A stretch of DNA of 64,000 bases from a virus (lineage: Duplodnaviria > Caudoviricetes). Of this stretch, positions 19,975-29,826 are shown piece by piece. The stretch spans positions 1 through 64,000 of the IMG/VR virus record IMGVR_UViG_3300021387_001438; one strand, written 5' to 3'. How positions within the stretch are numbered: the first letter of the stretch is position 1; every line of letters starts with the position of its first letter. The notes beneath the pieces are model-generated. The model was not told where the DNA came from. It saw only the letters and a list, made by a program, of their open reading frames with translations, and searched no databases. The position numbers were made by a program, and so were the translations under genes.

Positions 19975-21114
19975 ATGAGTGTTAAATATACAAATTTTGT
20001 TGAAGTTAACATCAATCATCATGTAGCAAATAAACCTACTGGTTTAAGAGATGTTGCAGCAGCAATTTTCTATGATTCAACTATTGCTGACCCAAACACA
20101 GTTACAGATTTAGGAACCTTAACTAAAACTAGTACTTTACCAGCTGGATTAACTGCTTTTAAAAATTATGTTGATGCATTTTTTGCAAATGGTGGTCGTA
20201 AATTACATTGTATTGTAACAAATATTACACCAGCAACAAATACATTTGTTGATATTATTGAAGCTCTTCCAATGGAAGAAATCATGGTTGGTTATGTTGG
20301 TACTGGTGCAGATGCTAATGAATCAGATTTTAGAAATGTAGCAGAAGCATATAATGAATCAAAAGCAACTGAAAAAATTTATCAAAAGATTTTCGTTGCA
20401 GAAATTCCAGCAACCAATGGTAATACTACAGATTTGGCTGCATATATTAAGGTTGATGATAAAGTTGTTGATATTGAAAATTATGTATTAAAGTATGGTG
20501 CAATGGGTATTGGAGCTTCTGTATTAGCATATTATACTCAAATGAATGCATACTTAACAGATAGTGCTGAAGATTATTGTTATACAAAAGAAAAGTATTC
20601 TGATAAAACAGCAGATAAGTTTGTATTTAATGATAATGCTTTAGTAAAAGAAGCAATACAGTTAGATATTAATATTGATATTAATTTATCAAATGCAGTA
20701 AGAAATATTGGTGGTAATGATACTGCTGGTTATTCTTTAACAAATCAGTTTATGCTATTAGTAATGCATCAAACATTAACTAGTAGATTACTTGATTTAC
20801 TAGCTCAAAAGATTAAATATAATTCTCAAGGATTAACTGCTGTTTTGAATGTATTAACTGCTGAATTAAACAGATATGTTAATAATGGTTTCTTAACAAC
20901 AACTAAGACTTGGACTGATGGAGATTTATATTATGATGAATATCTAATTATTAAAGAAGATACATTATTATCTTTAGGTTATAAGGTAGTTATTCTTCCA
21001 TTTGAATCATTAACTCCTGATGAGCTTGAAGCTCATCAGTTACCAAAGATTTATATTTTAGTTGCAGATAGTTACTCAATCAGAAAGATTGTTGTTACTG
21101 GTGAAGTATTCTAA
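19975..21114 (+). CDS. Tail sheath protein (DUF3383-like)
   Basis: FVEVNI start, AFFANGG, LLAQKIKYNSQGLTAV, NNGFL, SIRKIVVTGEV end. Confidence 0.75.
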   Translation: MSVKYTNFVEVNINHHVANKPTGLRDVAAAIFYDSTIADPNTVTDLGTLTKTSTLPAGLTAFKNYVDAFFANGGRKLHCIVTNITPATNTFVDIIEALPMEEIMVGYVGTGADANESDFRNVAEAYNESKATEKIYQKIFVAEIPATNGNTTDLAAYIKVDDKVVDIENYVLKYGAMGIGASVLAYYTQMNAYLTDSAEDYCYTKEKYSDKTADKFVFNDNALVKEAIQLDINIDINLSNAVRNIGGNDTAGYSLTNQFMLLVMHQTLTSRLLDLLAQKIKYNSQGLTAVLNVLTAELNRYVNNGFLTTTKTWTDGDLYYDEYLIIKEDTLLSLGYKVVILPFESLTPDELEAHQLPKIYILVADSYSIRKIVVTGEVF

Positions 21115-21135
21115 TAGGTAAGGAGGAAAATAAAG

Positions 21136-21642
21136 ATGGCAAATTATCAGAAATATACAAGTGTATACTCATTAACAGATTATATTCTTGGTGTACAAAT
21201 TCCAGCAGTTGGAGATTTACAGGCTGAAACATTTACAATTGGCGGTCCTGGTGATAGTGGTAATGGTACATGTACTGGTCAAATTATAGTTTCTCGTAAC
21301 CAAAACCTATTTGAAACTGATGGTGATGTAACAGGTTCTTGGGTTCATAATAAGAGCTTAAATAGAACTGGTACAATTACAGTTGATATCAGACAGGTAT
21401 CAAATTATGTAGTTAAGTTTATTCTTACTTGTGCCGCATTTGAAAAGATTCAAACTAGAACTGGTGGTATGACAATTACATTAACTCCAGCATTTAATAA
21501 TGAATCAAATTCTCCAATTATAACTGCTATTGATTGCTTCTTCCAGAAAGTACCTGACCAGAATTATGGTCCATCTGCACAGATGCAATCTTGGATTATT
21601 ACTTGTGGTAGAATTGATTTTACTCCAACTTATACAGAATAA
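21136..21642 (+). CDS. Tail tube protein (DUF3277-like)
   Basis: DGDVTGSWVHN, RTGTITVDIRQVS and FQKVPD motifs; follows the sheath. Confidence 0.75.
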   Translation: MANYQKYTSVYSLTDYILGVQIPAVGDLQAETFTIGGPGDSGNGTCTGQIIVSRNQNLFETDGDVTGSWVHNKSLNRTGTITVDIRQVSNYVVKFILTCAAFEKIQTRTGGMTITLTPAFNNESNSPIITAIDCFFQKVPDQNYGPSAQMQSWIITCGRIDFTPTYTE

Positions 21643-21662
21643 TATTTATGGAGGATTAAAAC

Positions 21663-22037
21663 ATGGAACAATTTTGGACAATATTTTGGGGTGCAGTAGG
21701 AACTGCACTAACCGCATTAATGTCTTGGTTAACTTTTGTAATTACTAATTTCTTTAATACAAAAATTAAAGATAAGAAGATGGCAGAAATGGCTTCAGGT
21801 ATTACAACCATTATCTTTAATGCAGTTACAGCAGTAACTCAAACTTTCGTTGATACTTTAAAAAAGAATGGAAAGTTTGATGAAGCTGCTCAAGCTGAAG
21901 CTCAAGAAAGAGCATTAAAAATTATTAATTCACAATTAACTGAACCAATGATTCAGTATATCAAAGATAACTTTGGTGATGTTCAAGAATATTTAAAGAA
22001 CAGAATTGAAGCTATGATTTATTCATTAAAAAAGTAG
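21663..22037 (+). CDS. Holin-like protein (LL-H type)
   Basis: One N-terminal transmembrane helix; AVTQTFVDTLKKNGKFDEAAQAEA; RIEAMIYSLKK end. Confidence 0.6.
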   Translation: MEQFWTIFWGAVGTALTALMSWLTFVITNFFNTKIKDKKMAEMASGITTIIFNAVTAVTQTFVDTLKKNGKFDEAAQAEAQERALKIINSQLTEPMIQYIKDNFGDVQEYLKNRIEAMIYSLKK

Positions 22038-22047
22038 GTGATTATTA

Positions 22048-22530
22048 ATGGCAATTATTGGTATAAATATTGATAAAAAGAATCCAGAATATAAAATTAG
22101 TGATTTTACTTTTTGGATGCCAAATTTTAAAAACTTCATGGCTACAGAAGATGGAATAACCTATTTTAATAAATTATATCCAATTGCCAATGATAAAATA
22201 TTCTATTCAATATTTGGTACAGATTGGGAATATGCAATGTCATTATGTATTGCACATTATGCAACACTCATTGCTGAAAAAGACCAAGCTCCATCCGGTG
22301 ATACCTTAAGAGGTATTGCCGGTGGTGGTGCTTACAAAGGAGTTCTTCAATCTGCAGGTGTTGGCGGATTTAGTAAATCTTATGATTTAACAAAGACTAT
22401 GCTAGATTCACAAGAAGCATTATTTTGGAATCAAACCCCTTATGGAGTTTCATTGATGGCGTTATTAAAAACTAAGGCAATCCCATCAATTCTTGTTGTT
22501 ACATCGTACCCAGTTCCAGGTGCAAATTAA
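22048..22530 (+). CDS. Head-tail adaptor, DUF4054 type
   Basis: [21 protein letters not shown] and WNQTPYG motifs. Confidence 0.75.
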   Translation: MAIIGINIDKKNPEYKISDFTFWMPNFKNFMATEDGITYFNKLYPIANDKIFYSIFGTDWEYAMSLCIAHYATLIAEKDQAPSGDTLRGIAGGGAYKGVLQSAGVGGFSKSYDLTKTMLDSQEALFWNQTPYGVSLMALLKTKAIPSILVVTSYPVPGAN

Positions 22531-22551
22531 TGGTAAGGAGAATTAGAATTT

Positions 22552-25500
22552 ATGAAGAAAATTAAAGTAAGAAAGTCATCAATGATGGATTCAATTTTTA
22601 ATTTAAAAAATTTATATGCAAGTGATGATTTTAATAATAAATTAAAAGATAAATTTTGGGATGAAGATTTAGTATCTGAAGCCTTAGAAAGATTTTTTGA
22701 GGGAGATTATGGTAATCTCCCAGATTATATTGCAAGAGCAAATGAAAAATATTCTGCTGGTGAAGGTGATAAATTAACCGGTATTTATCAATCATCTGCT
22801 AATGGGGCTTCTTCACCAAAGACAGATTTATGTATTATGTATTCAAAGAAAGATGATAAATATTTTTTATTAACTACTGATGAATACTTATTTAAAAACA
22901 ATATTGCTGCTTTAGAAAAAGCAGAAAAGGAAGTCGCTAAGATTGAACAGAGAACTGGTGAAGTTAAAGGTGACCCTGCAAAACCAGAGTTACAAACAAA
23001 TTTCTTAAATAGAGATACAAAAATCGTTGAAGGTTATGACTATAAAAACAGTTTAAAAGATGTTATTTGGTCTGATAAAGATGTTAAATTAGCATTAGAA
23101 AAGTTCTTCCATGAAGATTATGGTAATGCTAATCCTAGATTCGTAAAAGAAAATAAAGAAAAAGTTAGAAATCAATATGGTAATATCTTTGGTATTTATC
23201 CAATTGATGAACATAATCTTAATGATTTAGTTGTTTATTATAGTCAGAATGATGATGTAATTTATTTGTTATCTGTTGGTGATTTTGAAAACTTTAAGGC
23301 TTATTGGTTAACTGGTCAATATAAAGGTAGAATGTCTGAAAAAGAAGAAGAGGTTAAAGGTGATTATGGAAAAATTTTAACTCCTCAAGAATATACAGAA
23401 CCTCTTGAAAAGGACCCAACAATTAAAAAGTTTTTAGCTCCTTTTATTAATCGTGGTGATTTATTAGATACCGATTTATTAAATCCATCTAATAAGTTAG
23501 GTTATGAAGGTGATGAAGAAGAGGACGATAAAACTAAAAATAAAAAAGGCCCAGAAATTTTAAGAAAACTTAATGACCTTAGACAAAAGGTTGCTAATAA
23601 TGCTGCACCATTTAATGTAGCTTCTCCTGAAGAAAAAGAAAAGTTGTTAGCTTTCTTAGATGAATTATTAAGAATTAAGAATATTGAAAAAGCTAATTTC
23701 TATAAGAAGGGTACAAGCTATGATATTCCTGAACATAAATTAAATAAATTCCAGAATGAAGTTATTAGAAATTTATGGGCTCCAAAGAGAAATAAGAAAG
23801 CTATTGAAGAAGAAAACAAAAATCTTAAAGAAGCTAAAAAATTCTTAGAAGAATTTGCTACAACATATAATCAATCTGATGCAAAAGCTAAAACAAAGTA
23901 TGATGAGCAGCTTAAAGAATTAATCGAAAAATTCTCTAGTAAGTTACCAAAGAGTAAAGGTCAAACAAAAAATATTGGTATTATTGGTAGAATTATTATG
24001 GTATTTAAAGATATCCTTGATAATCAAAAAGATAAAAAAGATAAAGATGGAAACATTGTTCCAGGAAAACAGATTATCTATAATTATCAAGCAAAAGATT
24101 TAGATTTATTATATTCATTAATTGATGATAAACTAGCTAAAAATGCAGAAGAAGAGGACCATTTAAAAACTTTAAATTTACCTCTTGAGTACCATGGCGT
24201 TGCTCCTAAGTCAACAATTGCTGCAGTTAAAGCATTCTTAGAGGACCCTGAAAAGATTAAGAAGTCAAATGAAAAAGCTCAGGCAGATTATGAAAGAAAT
24301 AAAAATTCTGATAAGTATAAGAAGAAAGAGCATGGCTTCCAAATTCCAGAGGATATTGTTGCTCAGCTACAACAGTTGGCAGAAGAATATAATATTTCTT
24401 ATGAAGATATTATTGAAAAGATTGCTCAATTAGTATATCTAGAAAATAGAAGTACTCCACAAGCAGTTGAAATTTTCTTTAATAGAATTAAAAAACCATA
24501 CTATTTAACGGAGGATTCAAAGAGCATGAATGATTCAATTAAATATTGTGTATATTTAAATGGTGAACCATATGTTACATGTGATACAGAAGATGAAGCA
24601 TATCAAATTGAAGCTCAAATTTATGCTGCATCAAACACAGAAGAAGACTTCCAAGAATATTATGGTTATTATCCAGAAGTTGAAATTAAACAAATCAGAG
24701 TTGCTGATTCCGTTTCTACTAATAAATTTGTTGATTTAGGTGAAGTTACAGATGAATACACTCATGAAGTTTGTGGTCATATATATAAGTATAGAGGATA
24801 TTATATTTATAATGATTTTTGTGATGATGTTATTAAAATTTCACCAATTCTTGAAGATGGAGAAGTAATTACTGAAGAAGACGAACTTAAAGAAATTATG
24901 GTTAGTAATATAAATGAAGCTCGTATGTATATTGATGAATGTGTAGATAATAATCAATTTGTCGAAGATTCAAAAGTAAATGATTTTGAATATTATAGAA
25001 AGCATAAAACTCCTACAGGTAGTGGCTGGGATATAATTAATGAAGAAAAGAATAAACCAGACCGTACAGCAGCTCATAAGCAGCATAGACAAGAAACTAA
25101 CTGGCAAGACCCAGAAGGTATTTATACAAATTGGAGAGTAAAAGGAATAAGATTTGATTTAAATGCTGCTGATGTTGATGGTATTACAGAAAAAGAAAAG
25201 AGTAAGGTTTATACTGGTAGAATCTTAATTATTGGTGAGCACTACTTTAAGAATAATGATTCTGTTATTTCTGATACATGGGATACATTTGAATTTAAGT
25301 TTGATGTTGATGCAAACAATTTTACAATCTTTGGTTGGACAGATGCATTCCCAGTTGGTGAAAGAGATAAAATTGAATCTCTTGCGGCTAATGAATTTAG
25401 AAAACAGTATTTAAAGAAAAAAGAAGTAAATCTTGTTAGTGAATTATCAGAAGAAGAATTAGATAAATTTACAAAGTCATTTGGTATTTCTAATATTATT

Positions 25501-27606
25501 CAAGGTAAAAAACAAGATGGAACAAAAGTTAATGCTGAAGGCAAACTAGCAGCAAAGGCACTTAAGGCTAAATTAAATTCTCAAGGTATTGATACTGAAC
25601 AGTATGATAAGGTATTATATATCGATGAAAATGGTAGAGTAAAAGAAGAATACTTCTCTGATGTAGCGGATAAGATTAATAATGATGGTACATTTATAGC
25701 TATCAAGATTCATGATGATAAATATAATACTGACCATTATGGTGTAATTAATTTAAAAGGAAATAAACTTGAGTTTATTCCAAGAGCCGAACGAGCAAGA
25801 TATGTTAATGAAAGAAATGAACCACTAAATAAACAAAAATTTGGTGGAGGTGAAAATACTCCAGGTGAACCAAAATCTGCAGATGAAATGGATGAAGAAA
25901 GATATCAAAAGTTTGTTGCAAGATATGGTGAAAAGGGTTCAAAGAAAATTGATTCTTTATTAGTTAAGTTAGGTGTTACAAAACCAATTGATAAGATGAC
26001 TTATATTTTATCTATCGGTGACCGTAAGAAAGCAAGTGAAATTATTGCGGCTTTAACAGCAACATTAAATGCTAAGAAATTACCAGAAAATATTGCCGCT
26101 GTCGAAGCTGCTACCACAAAAGGTGCAGCCGTTCCTGAGCCTGATAAATTTAAGACTAAGAAAATTGAAAGAGATATTATCACTCATGATTTAACTGATG
26201 AATTTGCACATGTTGTTGACCTTAAGAAAGCAACTCTTGGTGAATATAGTGCCGCAGCAATTAAAGAATATAAAGAAGGATTACAAGAATTATATAATTT
26301 AATTGGCGATAATGATTGGAAGATTGTTTTTAATGATGAAGAATTATTCAGTTATGGTAAAAACAACAAATCAATTGAAGAGTGGATTAAGCTTATTGCT
26401 ATAAATGATAATATCGATAAACTTGGTTCATTCTCAAGCATTGAGTATGTTGAAAAAGAATCTGTTACAGAAGAGACTACTGAAGAAGAGGCTACTCCAG
26501 TAACTGATTCATGGGACCGTTCAGATGATAAAGCATATATTGAAAAATTAAAGAATTATGTAAATGGATTATTATCAAAAATTAAAGACGAGTCTACACA
26601 TAAAGCATTCTTTAGAGAGCATAACCTACCAGTATATGCAGAACCTTATAATTATCTATTAAGTTTAATTGATAAGGTTGTTGCTAAAACTGAAGGCGTA
26701 GATGTAAATCCAAACCTTGCTTTATTAGATGTATTAAAGAAATTTGGTAATAAGCAATTTAATAATAGATTATATAATAATTTATTCAGATATGTTACAG
26801 ATGTATTTGATGATATGGTTCCAATGGTTAAGACTCCTGAATATGATGAAAATTTCAAAAAATCTGAAGTTTCTGATAGTCAGTATACAAATTTAAAGGA
26901 TTCATTTAATAATGAAGAATACAAAGAATTTGTAGCATTATGTAAGAAATTAAATCTTAATACAATGGCAGACATTAAGCAATTTTCTGAAAATCATGGA
27001 AATGTAAAAGATAAAGAACTTCTTGCTGCAATGAGATTAGCTACAGAAAACTTAGTTACTGATGCAACAGATAATACAAAGTATTATTTATATTATATTC
27101 CATACAATCAGGTAGATGGTAAGAAAATATATTATGTTGGTCGTGGAAAAATGACATATGTATTTAAGTCAGAAGATTCTGGTTATAAACCAAAAGAAGT
27201 TACTTTTGATGATGCTGTAAAGATTGCAAAGCAATTTAAACAGCAAGAGTCTGCTAGATTATACTTAGAAGATATTATATCTAAAGATACAATTAGTATT
27301 ACTGATGAAGTTCCTGCAAAATATAAGCTATGTTTTGAAGGTGAAGATACTTATGATATGTTTGATGAAACAGATGTTGAAGATATCTACATTAATAAAC
27401 TTCCTTCTGATGTAACAGAAGAAGCAGCAATTAAAGCTAAGCTTAAAGAAATTGCTAAAAAGATTTATAAATCTCGTCAAGGTCAGGTAAATCCAGATAA
27501 TTATGAAATTGAATTCACTGATGTATATATTACAGAAGATGGAAAGTATGTTCAAAGCATTTTAAGTGGAATGTTACCAATCAAAACAAGACTTAAAAAG
27601 AACTAA
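22552..27606 (+). CDS. Giant 1684-aa multidomain protein (putative internal/ejected polyvalent protein)
   Basis: Uninterrupted ORF with RBS AAGGAG; two tandem N-terminal repeats with a ..F.GDYG.. core; recurrent xxDS/DA boundaries. Confidence 0.7.
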   Translation: MKKIKVRKSSMMDSIFNLKNLYASDDFNNKLKDKFWDEDLVSEALERFFEGDYGNLPDYIARANEKYSAGEGDKLTGIYQSSANGASSPKTDLCIMYSKKDDKYFLLTTDEYLFKNNIAALEKAEKEVAKIEQRTGEVKGDPAKPELQTNFLNRDTKIVEGYDYKNSLKDVIWSDKDVKLALEKFFHEDYGNANPRFVKENKEKVRNQYGNIFGIYPIDEHNLNDLVVYYSQNDDVIYLLSVGDFENFKAYWLTGQYKGRMSEKEEEVKGDYGKILTPQEYTEPLEKDPTIKKFLAPFINRGDLLDTDLLNPSNKLGYEGDEEEDDKTKNKKGPEILRKLNDLRQKVANNAAPFNVASPEEKEKLLAFLDELLRIKNIEKANFYKKGTSYDIPEHKLNKFQNEVIRNLWAPKRNKKAIEEENKNLKEAKKFLEEFATTYNQSDAKAKTKYDEQLKELIEKFSSKLPKSKGQTKNIGIIGRIIMVFKDILDNQKDKKDKDGNIVPGKQIIYNYQAKDLDLLYSLIDDKLAKNAEEEDHLKTLNLPLEYHGVAPKSTIAAVKAFLEDPEKIKKSNEKAQADYERNKNSDKYKKKEHGFQIPEDIVAQLQQLAEEYNISYEDIIEKIAQLVYLENRSTPQAVEIFFNRIKKPYYLTEDSKSMNDSIKYCVYLNGEPYVTCDTEDEAYQIEAQIYAASNTEEDFQEYYGYYPEVEIKQIRVADSVSTNKFVDLGEVTDEYTHEVCGHIYKYRGYYIYNDFCDDVIKISPILEDGEVITEEDELKEIMVSNINEARMYIDECVDNNQFVEDSKVNDFEYYRKHKTPTGSGWDIINEEKNKPDRTAAHKQHRQETNWQDPEGIYTNWRVKGIRFDLNAADVDGITEKEKSKVYTGRILIIGEHYFKNNDSVISDTWDTFEFKFDVDANNFTIFGWTDAFPVGERDKIESLAANEFRKQYLKKKEVNLVSELSEEELDKFTKSFGISNIIQGKKQDGTKVNAEGKLAAKALKAKLNSQGIDTEQYDKVLYIDENGRVKEEYFSDVADKINNDGTFIAIKIHDDKYNTDHYGVINLKGNKLEFIPRAERARYVNERNEPLNKQKFGGGENTPGEPKSADEMDEERYQKFVARYGEKGSKKIDSLLVKLGVTKPIDKMTYILSIGDRKKASEIIAALTATLNAKKLPENIAAVEAATTKGAAVPEPDKFKTKKIERDIITHDLTDEFAHVVDLKKATLGEYSAAAIKEYKEGLQELYNLIGDNDWKIVFNDEELFSYGKNNKSIEEWIKLIAINDNIDKLGSFSSIEYVEKESVTEETTEEEATPVTDSWDRSDDKAYIEKLKNYVNGLLSKIKDESTHKAFFREHNLPVYAEPYNYLLSLIDKVVAKTEGVDVNPNLALLDVLKKFGNKQFNNRLYNNLFRYVTDVFDDMVPMVKTPEYDENFKKSEVSDSQYTNLKDSFNNEEYKEFVALCKKLNLNTMADIKQFSENHGNVKDKELLAAMRLATENLVTDATDNTKYYLYYIPYNQVDGKKIYYVGRGKMTYVFKSEDSGYKPKEVTFDDAVKIAKQFKQQESARLYLEDIISKDTISITDEVPAKYKLCFEGEDTYDMFDETDVEDIYINKLPSDVTEEAAIKAKLKEIAKKIYKSRQGQVNPDNYEIEFTDVYITEDGKYVQSILSGMLPIKTRLKKN

Positions 27607-27617
27607 AATCAAATAGA

Positions 27618-27650
27618 AAAAGAAGAGTATTTTAGTGATACTCTTCTTTT
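27618..27650 (+). terminator. Intrinsic terminator (possibly bidirectional)
   Basis: 13-bp stem AAAAGAAGAGTAT / ATACTCTTCTTTT. Confidence 0.8.
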
Positions 27651-27661
27651 GATATAATCAG

Positions 27662-27690
27662 TTGCATTATAAAAATTATAACGGTATAAT
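27662..27690 (+). promoter_or_regulatory. Sigma70/SigA-type promoter
   Basis: TTGCAT-N17-TATAAT. Confidence 0.7.
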
Positions 27691-27774
27691 AATTTAGAAG
27701 GGAACACTAATAAAAATTATATTAGTATCAAAGTCAGTATTGAAGAAAAATTTATAATTGTAGGAGGGCAAAAA

Positions 27775-28086
27775 ATGGGTGATAATGAGATTGAAAAGAA
27801 AGTTATTCAGCATGACGAGCATTTGAAGTCTATTGACCGCCGACTTGATAAAGTAGAAAACATATCAGAAAATTTAAATAAAGTTAGTATTAGTCTTGAA
27901 AAGTTAAATATGTCTGTTGAATCTATTGTTACAAGTCAAAAGAAACAGGAGGAAGATATTGAAATGCTTAAGCTTCAACCTGGTAAAACTGCTAAAGATA
28001 TGTGGATTGCTGTTGCCAAGGCAGCAGCCACTGCAATTATTGGTGCACTTATTGGTGCATTATTGGCATTAATTATAAAAAAATAA
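27775..28086 (+). CDS. XhlA / hemolysin-like holin-type membrane protein
   Basis: Coiled coil HDEHLKSIDRRLDKVE plus one C-terminal TM helix ending in KK. Confidence 0.6.
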   Translation: MGDNEIEKKVIQHDEHLKSIDRRLDKVENISENLNKVSISLEKLNMSVESIVTSQKKQEEDIEMLKLQPGKTAKDMWIAVAKAAATAIIGALIGALLALIIKK

Positions 28087-28105
28087 AAAAAGGAGAAAAG
28101 AAAAA

Positions 28106-28477
28106 ATGGCAAATAGAGATTTTAAAAATGTAAAAAGAATGATATCTAATATTTCAGAAGATACATATGAAGCCGCCGAATCTGGTGGTGGGGGTAGTGA
28201 GTATGTTGACCATATAACTTTGGCATACGGTACAACTGAATTAACTGAAGAGCAAATTGGGTTTTTATTACAAAATCCGTATGCTTATATTGTATATGTT
28301 GACACACCTTTTTACCCTAACAAGTTTAATGGTGCTGCACTTGGTTATGTAACACAAGTAAATAGCCATAATAATGGTGCAAGTTTATATATAGAATCTA
28401 TGGTAATTTCCACAAGAAATGGTGCTATTACTATACAAAAATGGACATTAGCAACAAATGTTACTCCTACTAATTAG
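28106..28477 (+). CDS. MANR-leader modular virion protein 1
   Basis: N-terminus MANRDFKNVKRMISNIS then a GGGG linker; leader shared with 28525 and 32576. Confidence 0.6.
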   Translation: MANRDFKNVKRMISNISEDTYEAAESGGGGSEYVDHITLAYGTTELTEEQIGFLLQNPYAYIVYVDTPFYPNKFNGAALGYVTQVNSHNNGASLYIESMVISTRNGAITIQKWTLATNVTPTN

Positions 28478-28524
28478 AAGGCTTTAAGTTTTGAAAATAA
28501 ATAAAAGAAAGGAAAATAAAAATT

Positions 28525-29676
28525 ATGGCAAATAGAGACGGAAAATTAATTTTAAGAACTTTAAAAAATATTAGTGCATCTATCGAGGTTGATGGTGGAG
28601 GAGGTACTAAGGTAGTTACTGAGTTACCTGATGTAGGTGAGGAACACACAGTGTATGAGTTACACGAGGATAAACCAGATGATTATCCTTGGTTATTAAC
28701 TAAGATAGATAAAAGTGGAGAGTATTCAGCAACAAATTATCCAATTATTGTAGTTGAAACATTGGAAGATGCTCAAGCTATGGAAAATCCAGAACACATT
28801 AATGTAGTATTCTGGGTAAGAAGCGAGTCAAAAGCATATGAATGTTTTGTTGGTAAAGGCGGAATCTGGGTTGAATTTAACGAGGTTGATGTAGTAGATA
28901 AGGTTTATGCAGGTCAACTTGGTGATTTTGCAATTCTAAAAGATTTTGATTACCATGTTACAACAGACACTGATGAGGAGGGATATACTATTTTAGATGG
29001 TACAGGACATTTCTTAGATGGTAGTGAGTTTACATATGATAATGAAGGGGATGCTGTTGCACCTTTTGTATTAACAAATGCCACAGATAAGAAATATGGG
29101 TTAGATGATAATAACTTAGTAGGTATCATAGATTTAACTAATAGTACTATACCAATTCCTGAAAGTTGTATTGTTACAAAAATTGACTTAAGTCTTCTTA
29201 ATGGGAAATTTGCAATCGGTATAGTATTTGCTCCACAACCAGCGCATACTGAAATTTCTTACTGGATTTATACTAATAACGAATGGGTAAATATGGATAA
29301 AACTGGTGGTACTTTATTAGGCGGTGTTTATACTAATGGAGATAATCCAAGTTTAAGTGCAGATTTTGATATTTATTATAATGATACTAAATTAGAAATT
29401 AATGATTATGCTACATATCCAACCACAGAATATGCTGCTCCTACTACATATGCAACAATATCTGGTTTACCAAAACTTGATAGTCAAACAAATGAATTTA
29501 AATTAATGGTTCATCCTAATGTAATTGTTGACACATCACGGGATAGATTAACTATTTCAGTAAATGGAGAAGAACAATATGAAAGTAATTGGAATGAACA
29601 AATTCCTTCTGAGATTTCTATAAATGTTTCTGGTATTTGTCAAATAAAGATTGGTATAGGTGGATTACCACATTAA
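28525..29676 (+). CDS. MANR-leader modular virion protein 2 (fibre/decoration-like)
   Basis: MANR leader, VVTELPDVGEEHTVYELH and SYWIYTNNEWVNMD modules. Confidence 0.6.
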   Translation: MANRDGKLILRTLKNISASIEVDGGGGTKVVTELPDVGEEHTVYELHEDKPDDYPWLLTKIDKSGEYSATNYPIIVVETLEDAQAMENPEHINVVFWVRSESKAYECFVGKGGIWVEFNEVDVVDKVYAGQLGDFAILKDFDYHVTTDTDEEGYTILDGTGHFLDGSEFTYDNEGDAVAPFVLTNATDKKYGLDDNNLVGIIDLTNSTIPIPESCIVTKIDLSLLNGKFAIGIVFAPQPAHTEISYWIYTNNEWVNMDKTGGTLLGGVYTNGDNPSLSADFDIYYNDTKLEINDYATYPTTEYAAPTTYATISGLPKLDSQTNEFKLMVHPNVIVDTSRDRLTISVNGEEQYESNWNEQIPSEISINVSGICQIKIGIGGLPH

Positions 29677-29826
29677 AAAAGACTGAAGTTCCTGCAAGAA
29701 TTTAAAAACTAAATAACAATATAAGACTCAAGGACAAGGAGTAGATAAACTCCGAACTCCTTGAGTTTATTATGTAGGCTGTTTATGCGATATAATCGCA
29801 ACTACAGCAGAAAGGAAAAATTAATC

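Noticed and set aside
29735-29775. Hairpin (ATAAACTC...GAGTTTAT) as a riboswitch or ncRNA
   Set aside because: Short stem with no recognisable aptamer; could be an ordinary attenuator or terminator
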